This document shows positions 1-13,200 of a stretch of DNA of 64,000 nucleotides, in pieces. Source of the DNA: Chlorokybus atmophyticus (taxonomy: Eukaryota > Plantae > Mesostigma and Chlorokybus algae); assembly GCA_009103225.1 (NCBI GenBank), contig RHPI01001507.1, forward strand, positions 549,513 through 613,512, written 5' to 3'. How positions within the stretch are numbered: position 1 is the stretch's first letter; each line of letters starts with the position of its first letter. A program made the translations under genes and the position numbers. Below the pieces are notes generated by a model. It saw only the letters and a list, made by a program, of their open reading frames with translations. It searched no databases and had not been told where the DNA came from.

Positions 1-2696
1 TGGCTTGTTTTTGCCACTTGGTATTGCCACATACACCTTCGCGAAAGGACTACTACGTTCGACTTTTTACAAGATTAGCCTCGTCCTGATACAATTAAGG
101 TGTACTACAACATCTGGGAGGCGGGCTTTACAGTCAACCGCGAGCAAACCGATGTTATGCCCGTTCGCCCAGATGAGACGCGGCCCGCGATGGCACCTGC
201 ATTGAGCTCAGCTCAGCAGAGTCTCAGCGGCATCGCTATTGCCGCTTGCTTCTAGGCAAGACAGCCATAGGCTGTGGCAGCGTGTAGAAGTTGCGGCATG
301 GCACAAGCGGAGCAGGGCAAGCGGCGAAACTACCACATGTGGTTGTACAACCACCCGCCGGCCCGCTGTCGCCAGGCGACACGCTCTTCCCACGGCGGAG
401 ACTTGCAATGAACTTGGCGCTTCCACAGCCTTCTGAACATCTCTCAAAGTCATGGGACGAGCCATGCGCAAGGTAGTGTATGGCCAAGCGCTGCACATGC
501 GCAGTTGAAGCGGCTTCGTGCTGTTGTGCCAACAAATATGTACACCGTGGATGCTACAGGCTGCAGCAAGCGCATGGGTAAAGCTCTCGCGAAGAGGGGT
601 GGTGGAGGCAACACCCGGCTATGGACGCCTGCACACGGTACCACAAATGACGAAAAAAGAGGTGGCATTGGGCGTGATGGATGGATTATTACTACGTGTG
701 AGCCGCTCACGCCTGCGGCAGAGCATTGCTAAGCAGCAAGCGCAACATGTATTGTTGGGTATCATACCCAACAACGCATCATAATGCTAGCACAGGATAT
801 GTTATTGTGTATCGTCATGAAACAAGGATTACGTCGTCCATCATAATATATAATATTCGTCGCCTATCGTCGCATGGTTAACGTTGTAACCACTTATAGC
901 GATGGCGGCAGCGATGGTGGGCCGTGCAACATAGCACATTGCGCTTTCCAACAAAAATGTATGATGATGCATCGTGCTCTATGCATGCACATGGTATGCC
1001 CATAAATGTTGCAGAGCACACTTGCGCCTGTTACAGCTTATGCCAATAACAGCATATACATTATGCTTGTAACCGCAGTGTGTGCTCGTTAGTAGCATGC
1101 AGTATGCTTGTACAAGTAGCTGCATAATGCTAATAGTAGCATACAACTGTGCAGAATATACGGGATGCTTATATCGGCGCACGACTACCACGGTTGTGTT
1201 GGGCTCCAACAGACTCCGTCCCCCCTACCCCCTTACTCGCGGGGGGTAGNNNNNNNNNNNNNNNNNNNNNNNNNNNNNNNNNNNNNNNNNNNNNNNNNNN
1301 NNNNNNNNNNNNNNNNNNNNNNNNNNNNNNNNNNNNNNNNNNNNNNNNNNNNNNNNNNNNNNNNNNNNNNNNNNNNNNNNNNNNNNNNNNNNNNNNNNNN
1401 NNNNNNNNNNNNNNNNNNNNNNNNNNNNNNNNNNNNNNNNNNNNNNNNNNNNNNNNNNNNNNNNNNNNNNNNNNNNNNNNNNNNNNNNNNNNNNNNNNNN
1501 NNNNNNNNNNNNNNNNNNNNNNNNNNNNNNNNNNNNNNNNNNNNGGGGGGGGGGTATATTTATATCATTGTTTTATATGTTATTGCATGATGAGGTAAAT
1601 AACCATGCGCGGCGCCTACCGCTACATGGTTAGCCTTTTAACCGCATACGGTGGTGGCAATAGTGAAGGCGGTAGCGGTCGTTCCCAGTTGCGTACCGTA
1701 TTCAATGTGTGCCTTGTAGTGTGATCCCTACATCATGCGCATTGCGGCACATTGGTATCAATAACGATACCGGTATCGTGTGGTGCAGGCCCCATAAAAT
1801 AGCTCAGTAATATAAACCCGCGCACAGCTGCAATTTTACTATTAGCGGCGGCGCCCACAACCACGTGCTCGCTCGCACGCTCGCCGTTGACACGCGGCGT
1901 GCTCATTCATCAATCGTAGCTCCGCATTGGTAAAGCATCCAATAGCAATGTTTGTTGCCTTACTACACCGTGTTAAAAAGCATGCATTGCGGAGGCAGTG
2001 ACTCCGTGCGCGTCATCGCCGAGAATGGCGGGATAATGTAGCGCGCCGCTGGCAGCAAACACTTATATATATGGGCCATCGCAGTTTTCGCTGGCGTGAG
2101 AACTACTGTGTTTGCACCACATCAATGGCTGACATACGGTGCATCCTATCGTAATGTGAAAAGGCGTTGTAGCTGCAACAATGCGGCCCATCCACCAACA
2201 TTGAATTCACAAGTTTGCCAAAGTTGCGTTATTGTGCTCGTCCCACACTAATGTGGGACATGGTTTGGCACAAGGTGTGGGACTTCGGAGCACAACCATT
2301 GTATTCAATGCAAGAAGTTTCACAGTCCAACACCGAGTGTGGGACTTCGGAGTACAGCAGCGCCGTGGCGGGATTGCGCAACACCACCCGGCGGCCGGCT
2401 GCCGCCGTCCGTGCAGTGATCCTGACGGTTTGTGTAATGGAACTCGGCTACAATCATATGTTTGGAATGACCTGGGTATGTGCAGCAGTTGTCGTAGAGC
2501 TCCCTGCACGCGTTGGTTTAATGGATGCGGCAAGTCTACAAACAGCCTGACAACCAATGCTGAGCACACGGATCCAGTTAAGCCATTGAAACGGCTGTGA
2601 CGGAGCGATGATGGGTTGGATGTGCTAGCCGCACCATCACGCATTGCGTGAGCAGCCGTATGGCAACCGATGTGTCTCGCCACTTGTAGTGCCGAT
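1..2696. repeat. Unclassified interspersed repeat, copy 1 (runs off the window start; interrupted by N gap 1250-1544)
   Basis: Aligns almost base-for-base with 24890-27348 (e.g. tggcttgtttttgccacttggtattgcc at 1 and 24890; ccacttgtagtgccgat at ~2680-2696 and ~27332-27348). No recognisable protein family in any frame. Confidence 0.9.
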
Positions 2697-3972
2697 GTAT
2701 GAGGGACATGAAGAGAGCAAGCAGCCATTTATACAGCAGGGATTGCCAATGGCTAGCTGCTCTGTGGACATTGATAAGCAATGTGCTTTCAGTGACTTGA
2801 TGTCACGCCTTCCCCAACCATGCAATGTTGCTGTGTGGGAGAATGAGTTGGGTGTACATGTGGATGCTCAATTCATGCAGCACGATCGTGCGGGCAAATG
2901 TGTATTGCTCAACGCGCATGTTGACCAGTTGTGCAACATGCTCAAGCACTATGTAGCATGCAAGAGGAAGAGCGCATGACACAAGTGCATGAATCGTGGT
3001 GCTCAAGTATGCGGGGCCATGGACTCGCCTTGTTAAAGGTATGCAGGTCCTCGGTGAAGTCAAGCTGGGTATGAAGTCTGTGCATGTGATGTATGACCCT
3101 CCGACCATCCATCCGGTAACTACTCTGGACTTGACTTGGCTATTCAAGGCGTCTATCGCACATGTGCCGTGCATCTTGATGATAGACACAGGCACACCTG
3201 GGAATTTTGTGACTGAGTCTCTTGTGCGGCGCTTGGGCATTCGTGTCAGCAAGTGTGATGACATGGTTGTTGCCCTGAACAAGCATGAGATCCCCGTGCG
3301 GGGAGTTGTGCGCTTGTCTGTGCGTGTGCAAGGCTATCATGCTCAGCTCAAGTTCTTGGTCATCCTAGTAAAGGTGCCAGGCGTGGACACCATTGTTGGC
3401 AGCCATCGGGAGCAAGCATGTGGCTTGCGTACGGACGCAGACGCAAAGCTTTGCAGTGTGCGCAAAGGGCGAGGTCGTGTGACCTTGCAAGCTGATGGGC
3501 ATGATGTAGTGCCCACTGCTTACTGTGTTAATGACGCATCCGGTACATATATTTTATGTTCTTTGTTGAATGCCATGGAGGTGAAGAGGGCTGTTCGGCA
3601 TGGAGCCCAACCCCTTCTAGTGCTCATCCGCCCAGTCAACAGCGACAGCACTTCCGCCTTTGTTGGTGAGACCGATGGCAACCCACTAGACACGGCCCTT
3701 CAAGGTCTGTTGTTTGAATTTTTTGATGTGTTTCAAGCTGAATTGCCTGCATTGCCACCTGAGAGGGACGTCTGGCATACGATTCCTCTAGAGTCGGATG
3801 CACAGCCTCTGTTTAGACCTGTGTATAGGCTGAGTATGCGGACATGGAGGGGCAGATCAAGGCCTTAATTGAGAAGGGATTGATTGAGCCAAGTAGCTAT
3901 CCCTTTGGAGCACCCATTCTGTTCGTACCTAAGAAGGACGACAGGCTACGCATGTGCATAGACTACAGGGCC
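2697..3972 (+). mobile_element. Old, decayed Ty3/Gypsy element, 5' part (aspartic protease and start of RT); continues at 10244
   Basis: ORF 2996-3868 has a retropepsin motif (ILMIDTGTPGNFV) and LPALPPERDVWHTIPLE; downstream frame reads SSYPFGAPILFVPKKD..LRMCIDYR up to the insertion point. Confidence 0.85.
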
Positions 3973-4651
3973 TGTAACAGCTTGAACCTTTTTCCATAAT
4001 TTACAACATGTACAATGTGTGTTTTACCTTTTGTCTGGCTTTATCAAGGCTTTATGAAGGGCTTTTGCAAGCTGTACAGGCGGTGCTCTGCTGCCGCGCG
4101 CGACTTCGCCTGCGACCAGCCCGGCAGCTGCCTGCCTGCGATGTAGCGTGCTGAAGCAGCGGTGACGCAGCTGACTAGACTGCACGATACCTGCCATGTG
4201 ACGCGGACTGCATAGTAAGCTACCGCTGCGCAGTACCTTGTGACGCGGACTGCCCAGTCAGCTGCCGCGTGAAATGTACTCCGACGCGCGGGGTAGCAAT
4301 CTGCACTTATACAGCTCCTTTATATTTGGTAAATCATAGACATAACGCCTGGTAATTAGGCTGCTTGGTTGTCGTGCTTGTACAAAAAAAAACCCTGTGT
4401 AATACAACCAACTCTTGCTTTCTGCACTCTGCTGTGAGTATGCTGGTGTATGCTTGAGAGAGGCGTGATCCAAGGCACACTGCTGTGTTCTTGCTTGGCG
4501 TGGGAAGTAGTAGTGTTCGTGTGCGTGTGCGTGCTCGACGCGTGCGTGCGTGCGCTGGAGAAGGCAGGGTTCCGGTATGAAGATTGTGCTCAGCTGCACA
4601 CATGTGTTGTATGACTTGTGTGCTGTGTATATGAGCACGAGCATCGTTACA
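3973..4651 (+). repeat. 5' LTR of G1
   Basis: Direct repeat of 9571-10238; ends GCACGAGCATCGTTACA, followed by tRNA-iMet PBS. Confidence 0.95.
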
Positions 4652-4740
4652 GTGGTATCGGAGCCCTTGGAAGGGTTGAGTTTCTTGTTTTCACTGAATA
4701 TTAACTATATCGTTGGTGTGTGAGGTATATTTTTCTGTTC

Positions 4741-5791
4741 ATGGACGCTACCATGGATGATGCACGTGTTGTGGAGCTTCAGCAAGTGCTGGTCGCTGCT
4801 CATGAGGAGCTGCAACGTGTTCAAGCATCTGCCCAAGCTCAAGCGGCACAATTTCAAGAAGTCTTGGCGCAAGCGCGCGCGGCTACGCCTACCTATTGCT
4901 GCACCTGTGGCTCTTCCACCAGCCTCTCGTCATGTGAAAGTGTCAAAACCAAAGCCTTTCAAGGGCCAGAGGGACGGTGACTGCGTCGAGGAGTGGGTGT
5001 TTCCTGTCTCTTCATGGTTGAAGCTCACCGAGGTACCCATACATCTCTATGTCGATGTGGCTGCTACTTTCTTTAAGGGAGCTGCACTTGTGTGGTGGCG
5101 TCATCATTGTGCTCGTGTGGAAGCTGGTCTCGAGGTCCCCTTTGTCACCGTGGCTGAGCTGGCCGCTGAGGTGAAGAAACAGTTCGTACCGGTGCAAAGC
5201 ATGAAGACGGCACGCGATCAGCTCTCTACACTTGTGCAAGCGCAATCCGTGATGGCCTACACATCTGCGTTTCAGCGTCTTGTGCTCTCCATACCCAACA
5301 TGACTGAGGAGGAGCAGCTGGACCGCTATACACGCTGGTTGAAGACTCTTTGTCGCAAGGAAGTTGAGCTTCGTGACGTCAAGTCTCTTGCGGAGACCAT
5401 TCGCATCGCCGAGCGTACGGACGTGTTGTACTTCAAGGGTACTGCCAAAGACACTAATCGTGGGCGCTTCACTCAGTTACGGGGAGGTTTATATCGCTCA
5501 TACACACCTTTTGGAGCTGGTTCGGGAGCTGCAACAGCTGGCGGGGCTGGCTCGGGACCTACACCAATGGAGTTGGGTGTTCTCAATGCTTCAAAGACGG
5601 GTGTGAAGGGTCGGGAAGATGCCAAGGCAGTTCGGAAGTGTTGGGAGTGCTCTTCTACTGAACATATGCGCTCCAACTGCCCCATCTTTAAGGCAAAGTC
5701 GGCTGCACATGCACGCAACGCGCGCGGCGGTGGACGTGTGAATACTGTGGAGGAGGAGATGTTGCAGTCGGGAAACGGCTCACCTCAGTAG
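4741..5791 (+). pseudogene. gag: G1 gag with zinc knuckle; one frameshift near 4885
   Basis: MDATMDDARVVELQQ (4741 frame) shifts to KVSKPKPFKGQRDGDCVEEW...WWR...YTSAFQRL...PTPMELG...CWECSSTEHMRSNC (CCHC) in ORF 4757-5791. Confidence 0.9.
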
Positions 5792-8700
5792 CTAAAGAGG
5801 CTGCTGCTGGGGTTGAGATGGAGCCTCTTTCTGATGTTGACAGTTCAGAGCCTTTCGTGGACGCGTCGGTTACTGTTGGCGGCATGTATACGTGCGCGAC
5901 GGCTATGCGGAACGGTGTGGTTCGTGTGCCCGATGAGGCGAGGCAGCTGCTGACTGTAACGGCCATGATACGCGAGGGTGATGGGCCTTGGGTGGAGTGC
6001 AAATTGCTGGTGGATAGCGGCGCGAACAGCAACTTCATGAATCGGGAGGTTGCGCGTCGACAGAAGTGGCTCTCGTGGGCGAATGCCGGCTCCGTGACTC
6101 TCGCGGACGGCCGTGCGCCAACCGGAGCTGCAAAGAGTTTGAAGTCCACGTGGGGATGATGAAGGATAGCCTACAGGTTTGTTGCCTCGAGCTCGGCAAC
6201 GGCTTTGATGACATTTTGGGGCTACCTTGGCTTTGGACACATAACCTCGCCATCAATTGGAGGAAGCGCCTAATTGCTGCCCCGGAAGGTGGTGGTATGG
6301 CTATGACTTGCTTGGGTGCTTCTTCCCGTGGTAAGTGTTTAGTTCAAGAGCGTGTGAGCTGCGTCGCAGCTGCCAGTAATGCACCGCATGCGCGTGAGGT
6401 GCATGGCGTGAAGGCGTGCCAGCAAGATGCACGACAACATGCTTCTAGCTCGGGGGGGGGGGGGGGGGGGGNCAATGCACCGCATGCGCGTGAGGTGCAT
6501 GGCGTGAAGGCGTGCCAGCAAGATGCACAACATCATGCTTCTAGCTCGAGGGGGGAGGCTCCGGAGCTGGTGTCACAAGTTTCTAAGGCTGAGATGGAGC
6601 AGATCTGGTCCGGGAACGACGTGAACGATGCATGGTTGTGTATGGTGCGTGACACACCGTCAAAGTCAGATCCGAAGCTGGTCGGCACTGGTGTGGAGGG
6701 TTCGGGGGACCCTGAGGTGCAGAAGTTGCTTAAGAGTTCAAAGACATCATGGTGGACGGGTTACCATCTGGATTGCCACCCACGCGCAGCGTTGATCACC
6801 ATGTGGAGCTCGTTGAGGGTGTGCACAAGCCGCCGCACAAGCCGCCGTACAAGTTGTCTCCGGCTAAGCTGGAGGAGGCAGAAAGACAAGTTGAGGACCT
6901 TCTGCAACGTGGATACATCAGGCCTAGCAAGTCTCCGTATGGTGCACCTATCTTGTTTGTGCAAGAAGAACGGAGCCTTGCGCATGTGCGTTGATTACCG
7001 GCCGCTCAACAACATCGCGAAGAAGAATGTCTTTCCTTGGCCTCGCATCAATGCATTGTTGGAGCAGCTAGAAGGTGCTGAGTTCTTCACAAGCTTGGAC
7101 CTAGCTGGCGGCTACCATCATCCGCGTAGCGCCTGAGGACATCGAGAAAACGGCATTCAACACGCGCTATGGCCATTACGAGTGGTTGGTGATGTCGTTT
7201 GGGATGACCAACGCTCCGGCAACGTTTCAAACCTTGGTGAACGGTGTCTTTGCTGATTTGATTGGCAAGGGTGTCCTCGTGTACCTCGATGACATTCTCG
7301 TGTATACCAAGAGCAAGAGCGAGCACATAGCGTTGCTACGTAAGGTGATGCAGCGTCTGCGTGCAAACAAGTTGTTCACTCAACTCAACAAGTGCCGTTT
7401 TTTGCTGCAAGAGGTAGAGTATCTTGGCCATCTTGTGTCCAAGCAAGGGATCAAGGCGGACCCCAACAAGATTGCGACGGTGCGCGATTCGATTGCCCCG
7501 AAGAACGTGAAGGATGTCATGTCGTTCCGAGGGCGGGCTGGCTATTATTGCAAGTTTGTGAGAGGCTTCTCGCACTTGGCATCACCATTAACGGCTTGGT
7601 TGGATAATGGGGTGAGCTGGAGCTGGTCGGAGGCTGAAACAAAGGCGTTTTTTAATTTGAAAGCGGCCTTAACATCAGCACCCGTTCTGGTGCATCCCAA
7701 CATGCAATTGCCCTTCGTGGTGGCATGCGATGCTTTCGATAAGGCCGTTGGAGCTGTGTTGCAGCAAGATCACGGCAACGGCTTGCAACTGGTGGCATTT
7801 TTCAGCAAGAAGTTGAGTGGAGCCGAGCTCAACTACCCCGTTCATGAGAAGGAATTGCTGGCGCAGGTGTTGGCGCTACGGCAATGGCGTTGTTTTCTTG
7901 AGGGCAAGAGCTTCATGCTTGAAACGGATCACTCGCCACTGAGATCCCTTAAAACGCAGCCTCATCTCTTGCGGCGGCAATCTTGTTGGCTCAAGTTCTT
8001 TCAACTCCTCGACTTCAAAGTCAAGTACAAGCCCGGCTATTCGAACAAGGTTGCGAACGCGTTAAGTTGGTACCTCAATGCAATTGAAATGGTTGTTCAA
8101 GTGCAGCTCAAGTGGTTGAAGCAGATGCGAGCCTTATTGCATGAGGACGCCGTTGGTAAGAAGGCTATCAAAGCGCTCGAGAACGGAAATGATCATGGCG
8201 GCCTTTGGGCATTGAAGGACGGGCTGCTGGCACGGAGATCGCATGTACATACCCAACATTGCGTATATGCGCGTGGGATTAGTGAGGGAAGCACACGACG
8301 CGCCAATGGCTGGTCATCAAGGGCTGGAACGGACGCTAGCCTTGTTGAAACATCGATTTTTTTTGGCCGGAGATGCATCGTGATGTTAAGGACTATGTGG
8401 CCTTGTGCGACGCTTGTCAAAGGGTGAAGGCGAGCAACCAACCAGTCAACGGGCTGCTCCAACCATTGCCGATACCTTTAACGAAGTGGGAGCAAGTTAC
8501 TCTCGACTTCATCATGGGGCTGCCACGAACACGCAAAGGACATGATGCTATCTTGGTGTTTGTGGACAAGACCCAGCAAAATGGTGCGGTTGGCGCCATG
8601 TACGGAGACTTGCACGGCTCCCGAGGCTGCCTATTTGTTCATGAAGCATGTGGTGCGCTCTCATGGCCTCCCGAGGAGCATTGTGAGTGATAGGGACCCG

Positions 8701-9520
8701 CGGTTCACGGGAAACTTTTGGAAGGCTCTCCATTCAGCCTTGGGCACAACCTTGAAGTTCAGCACCGCATACCACCCTAAAACGGACGGCCAAACGGAAC
8801 GCACCAACCGTGTGGTCGAGGACATGCTACGGTGCTATGTGAGCAGCCGACAAGACAATTGGGGAGACATGCTGGAGCTGATTGAGTTCACCATCAACAA
8901 CCACAAGAGTGCAAGCACGGGCGTGACACCTTTTCTCATGAATATGGGCTATGGGCAACATCCGTTGACGCCGTTGACGGCATGGGCGCCTAGCAAGCAA
9001 TGTTCAGATGTGGAGGCCGTGGATGGCTTTTTCGAGAGGTGTGCGGACATTAGCAAGGCAACTCGTGAGGCTCTGATTGTGGCACAAAACAGGCAAAAGC
9101 GATACGCCAATGCGCATCGTAAGCATGTTGTCTTATCAAAGGGTGATCGTGTGATGCTCTCTACCAAGCATGTGCAGCTGGTCACGGGTGTGCACAAGCT
9201 GAGTAAGCGATGGCTGGGACCTTTCAAAGTGATCAAGGTCATCTCGGAGGTAGCCTACAAGCTGCCCGATACCATCGCGCGTGCACCCCGTTTTTCATGT
9301 CTCGCTCCTTAAAGCTTACAAGGGGGAGCCGCCACCTCGTCCGCCTCCGGTTCTGGTTCGTGAGGGCCAAGCTGAGTGGGAGGTGGAGGCAATCATCAAG
9401 GACAAGCTGGTGGGAGGTGTGCGCAAGTACTTGGTGAAGTGGCGCAGCTATCCGAGGCGACATATGAACCCGAGGAGAGCTTCACCAATGCCAAACAGAT
9501 TTTGCAGGAGTACAAGGCCA
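5776..9520 (+). pseudogene. pol: G1 pol (protease, RT, RNase H, integrase, chromodomain), several frameshifts
   Basis: LLVDSGANSNF; LRMCVDYRPLN; VMSFGMTNAPATFQ; VYLDDIL; ACDAFD..VGAVLQQ; YPVHEKELLA; SIVSDRDPRFT; STAYHPKTDGQTERTN; GPFKVI; HPVFHVSLLK; WEVEAIIKDKLVGGVRKYLVKW. Confidence 0.93.
6378..6548. repeat. ~75-bp direct duplication flanking a G-run plus one N (likely assembly overlap)
   Basis: aatgcaccgcatgcgcgtgagg...cttctagctcg occurs at 6378 and 6474 on either side of poly-G and N at 6452-6472. Confidence 0.85.
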
Positions 9521-9570
9521 GAGGAGGCACTCCTCAGCTTCGAGGGCAAAGCTCCTTCAGGGGGGAAGGG

Positions 9571-10238
9571 TGTAATAGATTGGACCGTTTTCCATAATTT
9601 ACTACATGTACAATATGTGTTTTGCCTTTTTGCTGGCTTTATGAAGGGCTTTTACAAGCTGTACAGGCGGTGCTCTGCTGCCGCGTGTGACTTCGCCTGT
9701 GACCAGCCCGGCAACTGCCTGCCTGCGATGTGACCTATAGAGACAGCGGTGACGCAGCTGATTAGATTGCACGGTACCTGCCATGTGACGCGGACTGCAT
9801 AGTAAGCTATCGCTGCGCAATACCTTGTGACGCGGACTGCCCTGTCAGCTGCCGCGTGAAATGTACTCCAACTCGCGGGGTAGCAATCTGCACTTATACA
9901 GGTCCTTTAGATTTGGAAAATCATAGATAAAACGCCTGGTTATTAGGCTGCTTGGTTGTTGTGCTTGTACAAATAGAAACCCTGTGTAATACAACCAACT
10001 CTTGCTTTCTAGTCTGTACTGTGAGTATGCTGGTGTATGCTTGAGAGAGGTGTGATCCAAGGCACACTGCTGCGTTCTTGCTTGACGTGGGATTTAGTAG
10101 TATTCGTGTGCGTGTGCGTGCTTGACGCGTGCGAGCGTGCGCGGGAGAAGGCAAGGTTCCGGTATGAAGACTGTGCTCAGCTGCACACATGTGTTGTATG
10201 ACTTGTGTGCTGTGTATGTGAGCACGAGCATCGTTACA
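9571..10238 (+). repeat. 3' LTR of G1
   Basis: Preceded by PPT and followed by TSD GGGCC; homologous to 3973-4651 with visible substitutions and indels. Confidence 0.95.
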
Positions 10239-10243
10239 GGGCC

Positions 10244-12260
10244 TTGAACAAGTTGACTATCAAGAACAGGTATCCGTTGCCAAGGATAGGTGATTTGCTT
10301 GACCAACTGAGCGGTGCCTCAGTGTTCAGTTCCTTGGATCTGATCACCGGGTAACACCAGATACATATCACTCCGAAAAATGTGCCTAAGACAGCGTTTG
10401 GAACCCCTGTGGGCCACTTGCAGTACAAGGTGCTGCCTTTTTTACGGAGAGATGCGCCAGCCACCTTTCAAGCTATGATGAACCGTGTGTGTCACAAGCT
10501 AATTGGGAAGATAATGCTTGTATATTTTGATGATATACTTGTGCTCAGCAAGAATGCTGACTTGCACGTCGCGCATGTGCGCGAGGTGTTGGAAACCTTG
10601 CTTGAGCATCATTTCTATGCTTACATGCCCCAATGCGAGTTTGGCAGGAAGGAACTAAAGTTTCTCGGCCACATTGTAAGCAAAGAGGGCGTGCGCCCTG
10701 ACCCAAAGAAGGTTGCCAAGGTCAAGGATTGGCCGAGCCCTCAAAATGTGCGTGAGCTACGGGATTGAGCAACTACTTCCGTAAGTGTATCTGCGGTTAT
10801 TCATCGCGTGTTGCCCCTCTCACTAATCTGTTGCATGACAAGGTGGTGTGGAGGTGGTCACAGAGGCAGCAAGAAGCCTTTGAGTCCATCAAAGAGGTAG
10901 GCTTTGGTGACAGCGCCTGTGTTGCAGCTGCCAGACTACACCAAGCCTTTTGAGGTGATCTGTAATGCATCTGTTGAGGGCACAGGTGATGTGTTGCTCC
11001 AGAATGGGCACCCCCTTGCTTATGCTAGCAAGAAGTTCTCCAGCTTAGAGAAACTATACCACAGCTGAGCAAGAGCTGTTGGGGGTAGTCCATGCGCTAC
11101 AAGAGTGGTGTTGCTATCTGGAGGGGATGGAAGGCGGGTCTAGTGTGATCACGGACGACAACCCCCGGGTTTGTCAAACCCAACCAACCTTGTCAAGAAG
11201 ACAAGCAAGGTGGGCTGAGTACTTGTCGAGATTCAACTTCACCAGAGTTTACAGACCAGGGAGAGTGAATGTGGCAGATCCTTGGAGCCGTTCGCCGCTG
11301 CTGTTGGCAGTGACAACACGTGCACGTGCACGAAGCCAAGGATGGGCACAAGCAAGTAATGCCAGTGCCAGTACTTCTGAATTGCCACCTTAGCATGAGA
11401 CAGCAGTGGTCAGTAAGATGCCAACTGAGCTCGAGAGAGCAGACTGTGAAGCACCGTAGGCAATTCACGAGCCAAGTGGGGAGGACCTAATGGCCGTTGA
11501 TGTGAAAGACATCACACAGCGTTTGCTTGATGCTTATGCACTTGACACATGGTTTGTTGAGTTGAAGCAAGCAGACGACAAGATCACTTGTCACAAGGGC
11601 CTATGGTACCATGAGGGCAAGTTGATAGTGTCAGATGCACTCGGCTTAAGGCAAGAGTGTCTGTTTGAGGCACACAATTCCGTATACAGTGGGCACATGG
11701 ACATGACAAAGACCATTAAGCAGCTGCAGAGACAGTACTGGTGGCCAAGCTTGGGTGCTGATGCATCTAAGTTTGCCACATGTTGTGACACTTGTAAAAG
11801 AGACAAAGCCTCGCACAGGAAGCCAGCAAGGTTGCTGAAGCCCTTAACTATTCCCAACTAACAGTGGGAAAGTGTGAGCATGGATCTAACAGATCTACCT
11901 GAGACATAGAACGGACACAGTGCTGTTATTGCCTTTGTTAATCGCTTGACTCAGATGGTCATTTGAGCCGTGTCGCACGGACATTGATGCGCAGGAGTTT
12001 GCATTTGTCTTTGTGAACTCGGTGTTCAGATGACACGGTGTACCCAAAGAGTTGGTATAAGATAGTGACCCCATGTTTGTGAGCCAGTTTTGGCAGGTTG
12101 TGTGCTTGTACTCAGGGACTAAGCAGAGCTTGAGTACTGCTTACCATCCACAGAGTGATGCACAGAAGGAGCGCGTCAACTAGGTGCTTGAAGATGTGCT
12201 GCGCCACTACACGTCACCCAGGTTTGATAAGTGATGCGTGAATGGTACTCCATCCATTAA
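10244..12260 (+). mobile_element. Old Ty3/Gypsy element, 3' part (RT, RNase H, integrase), heavily decayed
   Basis: Removing G1 and one TSD rejoins IDYRA|[15 protein letters not shown]; then KTAFGTPVGH, LVYFDDILV, KFLGHIVS, RRQARWAEYLSRF, EAHNSVYSGHM, CDTCKRDK and AYHPQSD with stops and frameshifts. Confidence 0.9.
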
Positions 12261-12327
12261 TGTGCTGCGCCACTACACGTCACCCAGGTTTGATGAGTGA
12301 TGCGTGAATAGTACTCCATCCATTAAT
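12194..12327. repeat. Tandem duplication, 2 x ~66 bp
   Basis: atgtgctgcgccactacacgtcacccaggtttgat...ccatccattaatg at 12194 and 12260. Confidence 0.9.
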
Positions 12328-12624
12328 GGGTATCATAGTACAAGGGATACTCGCATACTACTACGATTGTAGAGTAATAGTGTGCTGTCATTTCATGGAA
12401 CCCATAGCGCTGTCCGGGTTTGTTGCTGTCAACCACGCTCTGAACCAGCGAGGTATGCAAGCCATGCACCGACTCATGCGCCGGGCAATCATCATACACA
12501 TGTACAGCCAATGCTCTGGATAATAGCAGATCTGGGGTGCACCATGCACTATGCTGCAACTATACATGTACCTACATGGTTCACATGAAGCCAACACAAA
12601 ACTACAATACATGCACAATTGTCA

Positions 12625-13200
12625 TCAAGGCGGGGGCCAAATCATCGCCGACACCTTGGCGTCTTGCATCAGGCGTGGCGACCAAAACGGGTGAGGTTGC
12701 TTGCAGAAGGGACATGTTTGTAGATTCGTTAATTTATTTGCCACGGTCTTCTGATGTGCTATGATGCAGACATGGCACATCGCTTTCTTGCAACAGGGCG
12801 TCTCCCCATCCGCTGGGGGAGGTGGCTCNNNNNNNNNNNNNNNNNNNNNNNNNNNNNNNNNNNNNNNNNNNNNNNNNNNNNNNNNNNNNNNNNNNNNNNN
12901 NNNNNNNNNNNNNNNGGGGGGGGGGGGGGGCTCTTCAAAGTGACAAATCAGCACGCATGGTGCACGCGGGTGTGCAAGCTGCCTCTGCCACCAAACTCTG
13001 TTATTGCGTTGCAGGCGTGGCGACTCCCATCTAAATGGCGCAGCATAACGCTCCACTGCTTGCTCGATCACCTGATGCCCATCTGCTGCCATACACCACC
13101 TGATGGTCTTGGTGGTCTCGTTCAGCATGTGTTCATCCAGGCCCTTGACATGGCTGTCGTCACTCGTGTACTCCCCCGCATCGCCATTTTCACATAATCA
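12625..13200 (-). pseudogene. Relic coding segment ending in a RING-finger-like Cys cluster (spans N gap 12829-12916)
   Basis: Frame of ORF 12625-13128: APCVLICHFEE-[poly-P/gap]-GETPCCKKAMCHVCI...QTCPFCKQP, i.e. CxxxC...C-C-x4-C-x2-C...CPxC spacing reminiscent of RING domains. Confidence 0.55.

Larger units (their letters stand above)
3973..10238 (+). mobile_element. Full-length Ty3/Gypsy chromovirus-type LTR retrotransposon (element G1), ORFs disrupted
   Basis: LTRs 3973-4651 and 9571-10238 (TGTAA...GTTACA); TSD GGGCC at 3968-3972 and 10239-10243; PBS TGGTATCGGAGC 4653-4664; PPT AGGGGGGAAGGG 9559-9570; gag, protease, RT, RNase H, integrase and chromodomain in order. Confidence 0.97.

Noticed and set aside
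1149-1598. ORFs containing X runs (also 12625-13197 in part, 40056-40805, 51157-51784)
   Set aside because: Open only because they cross N gaps.
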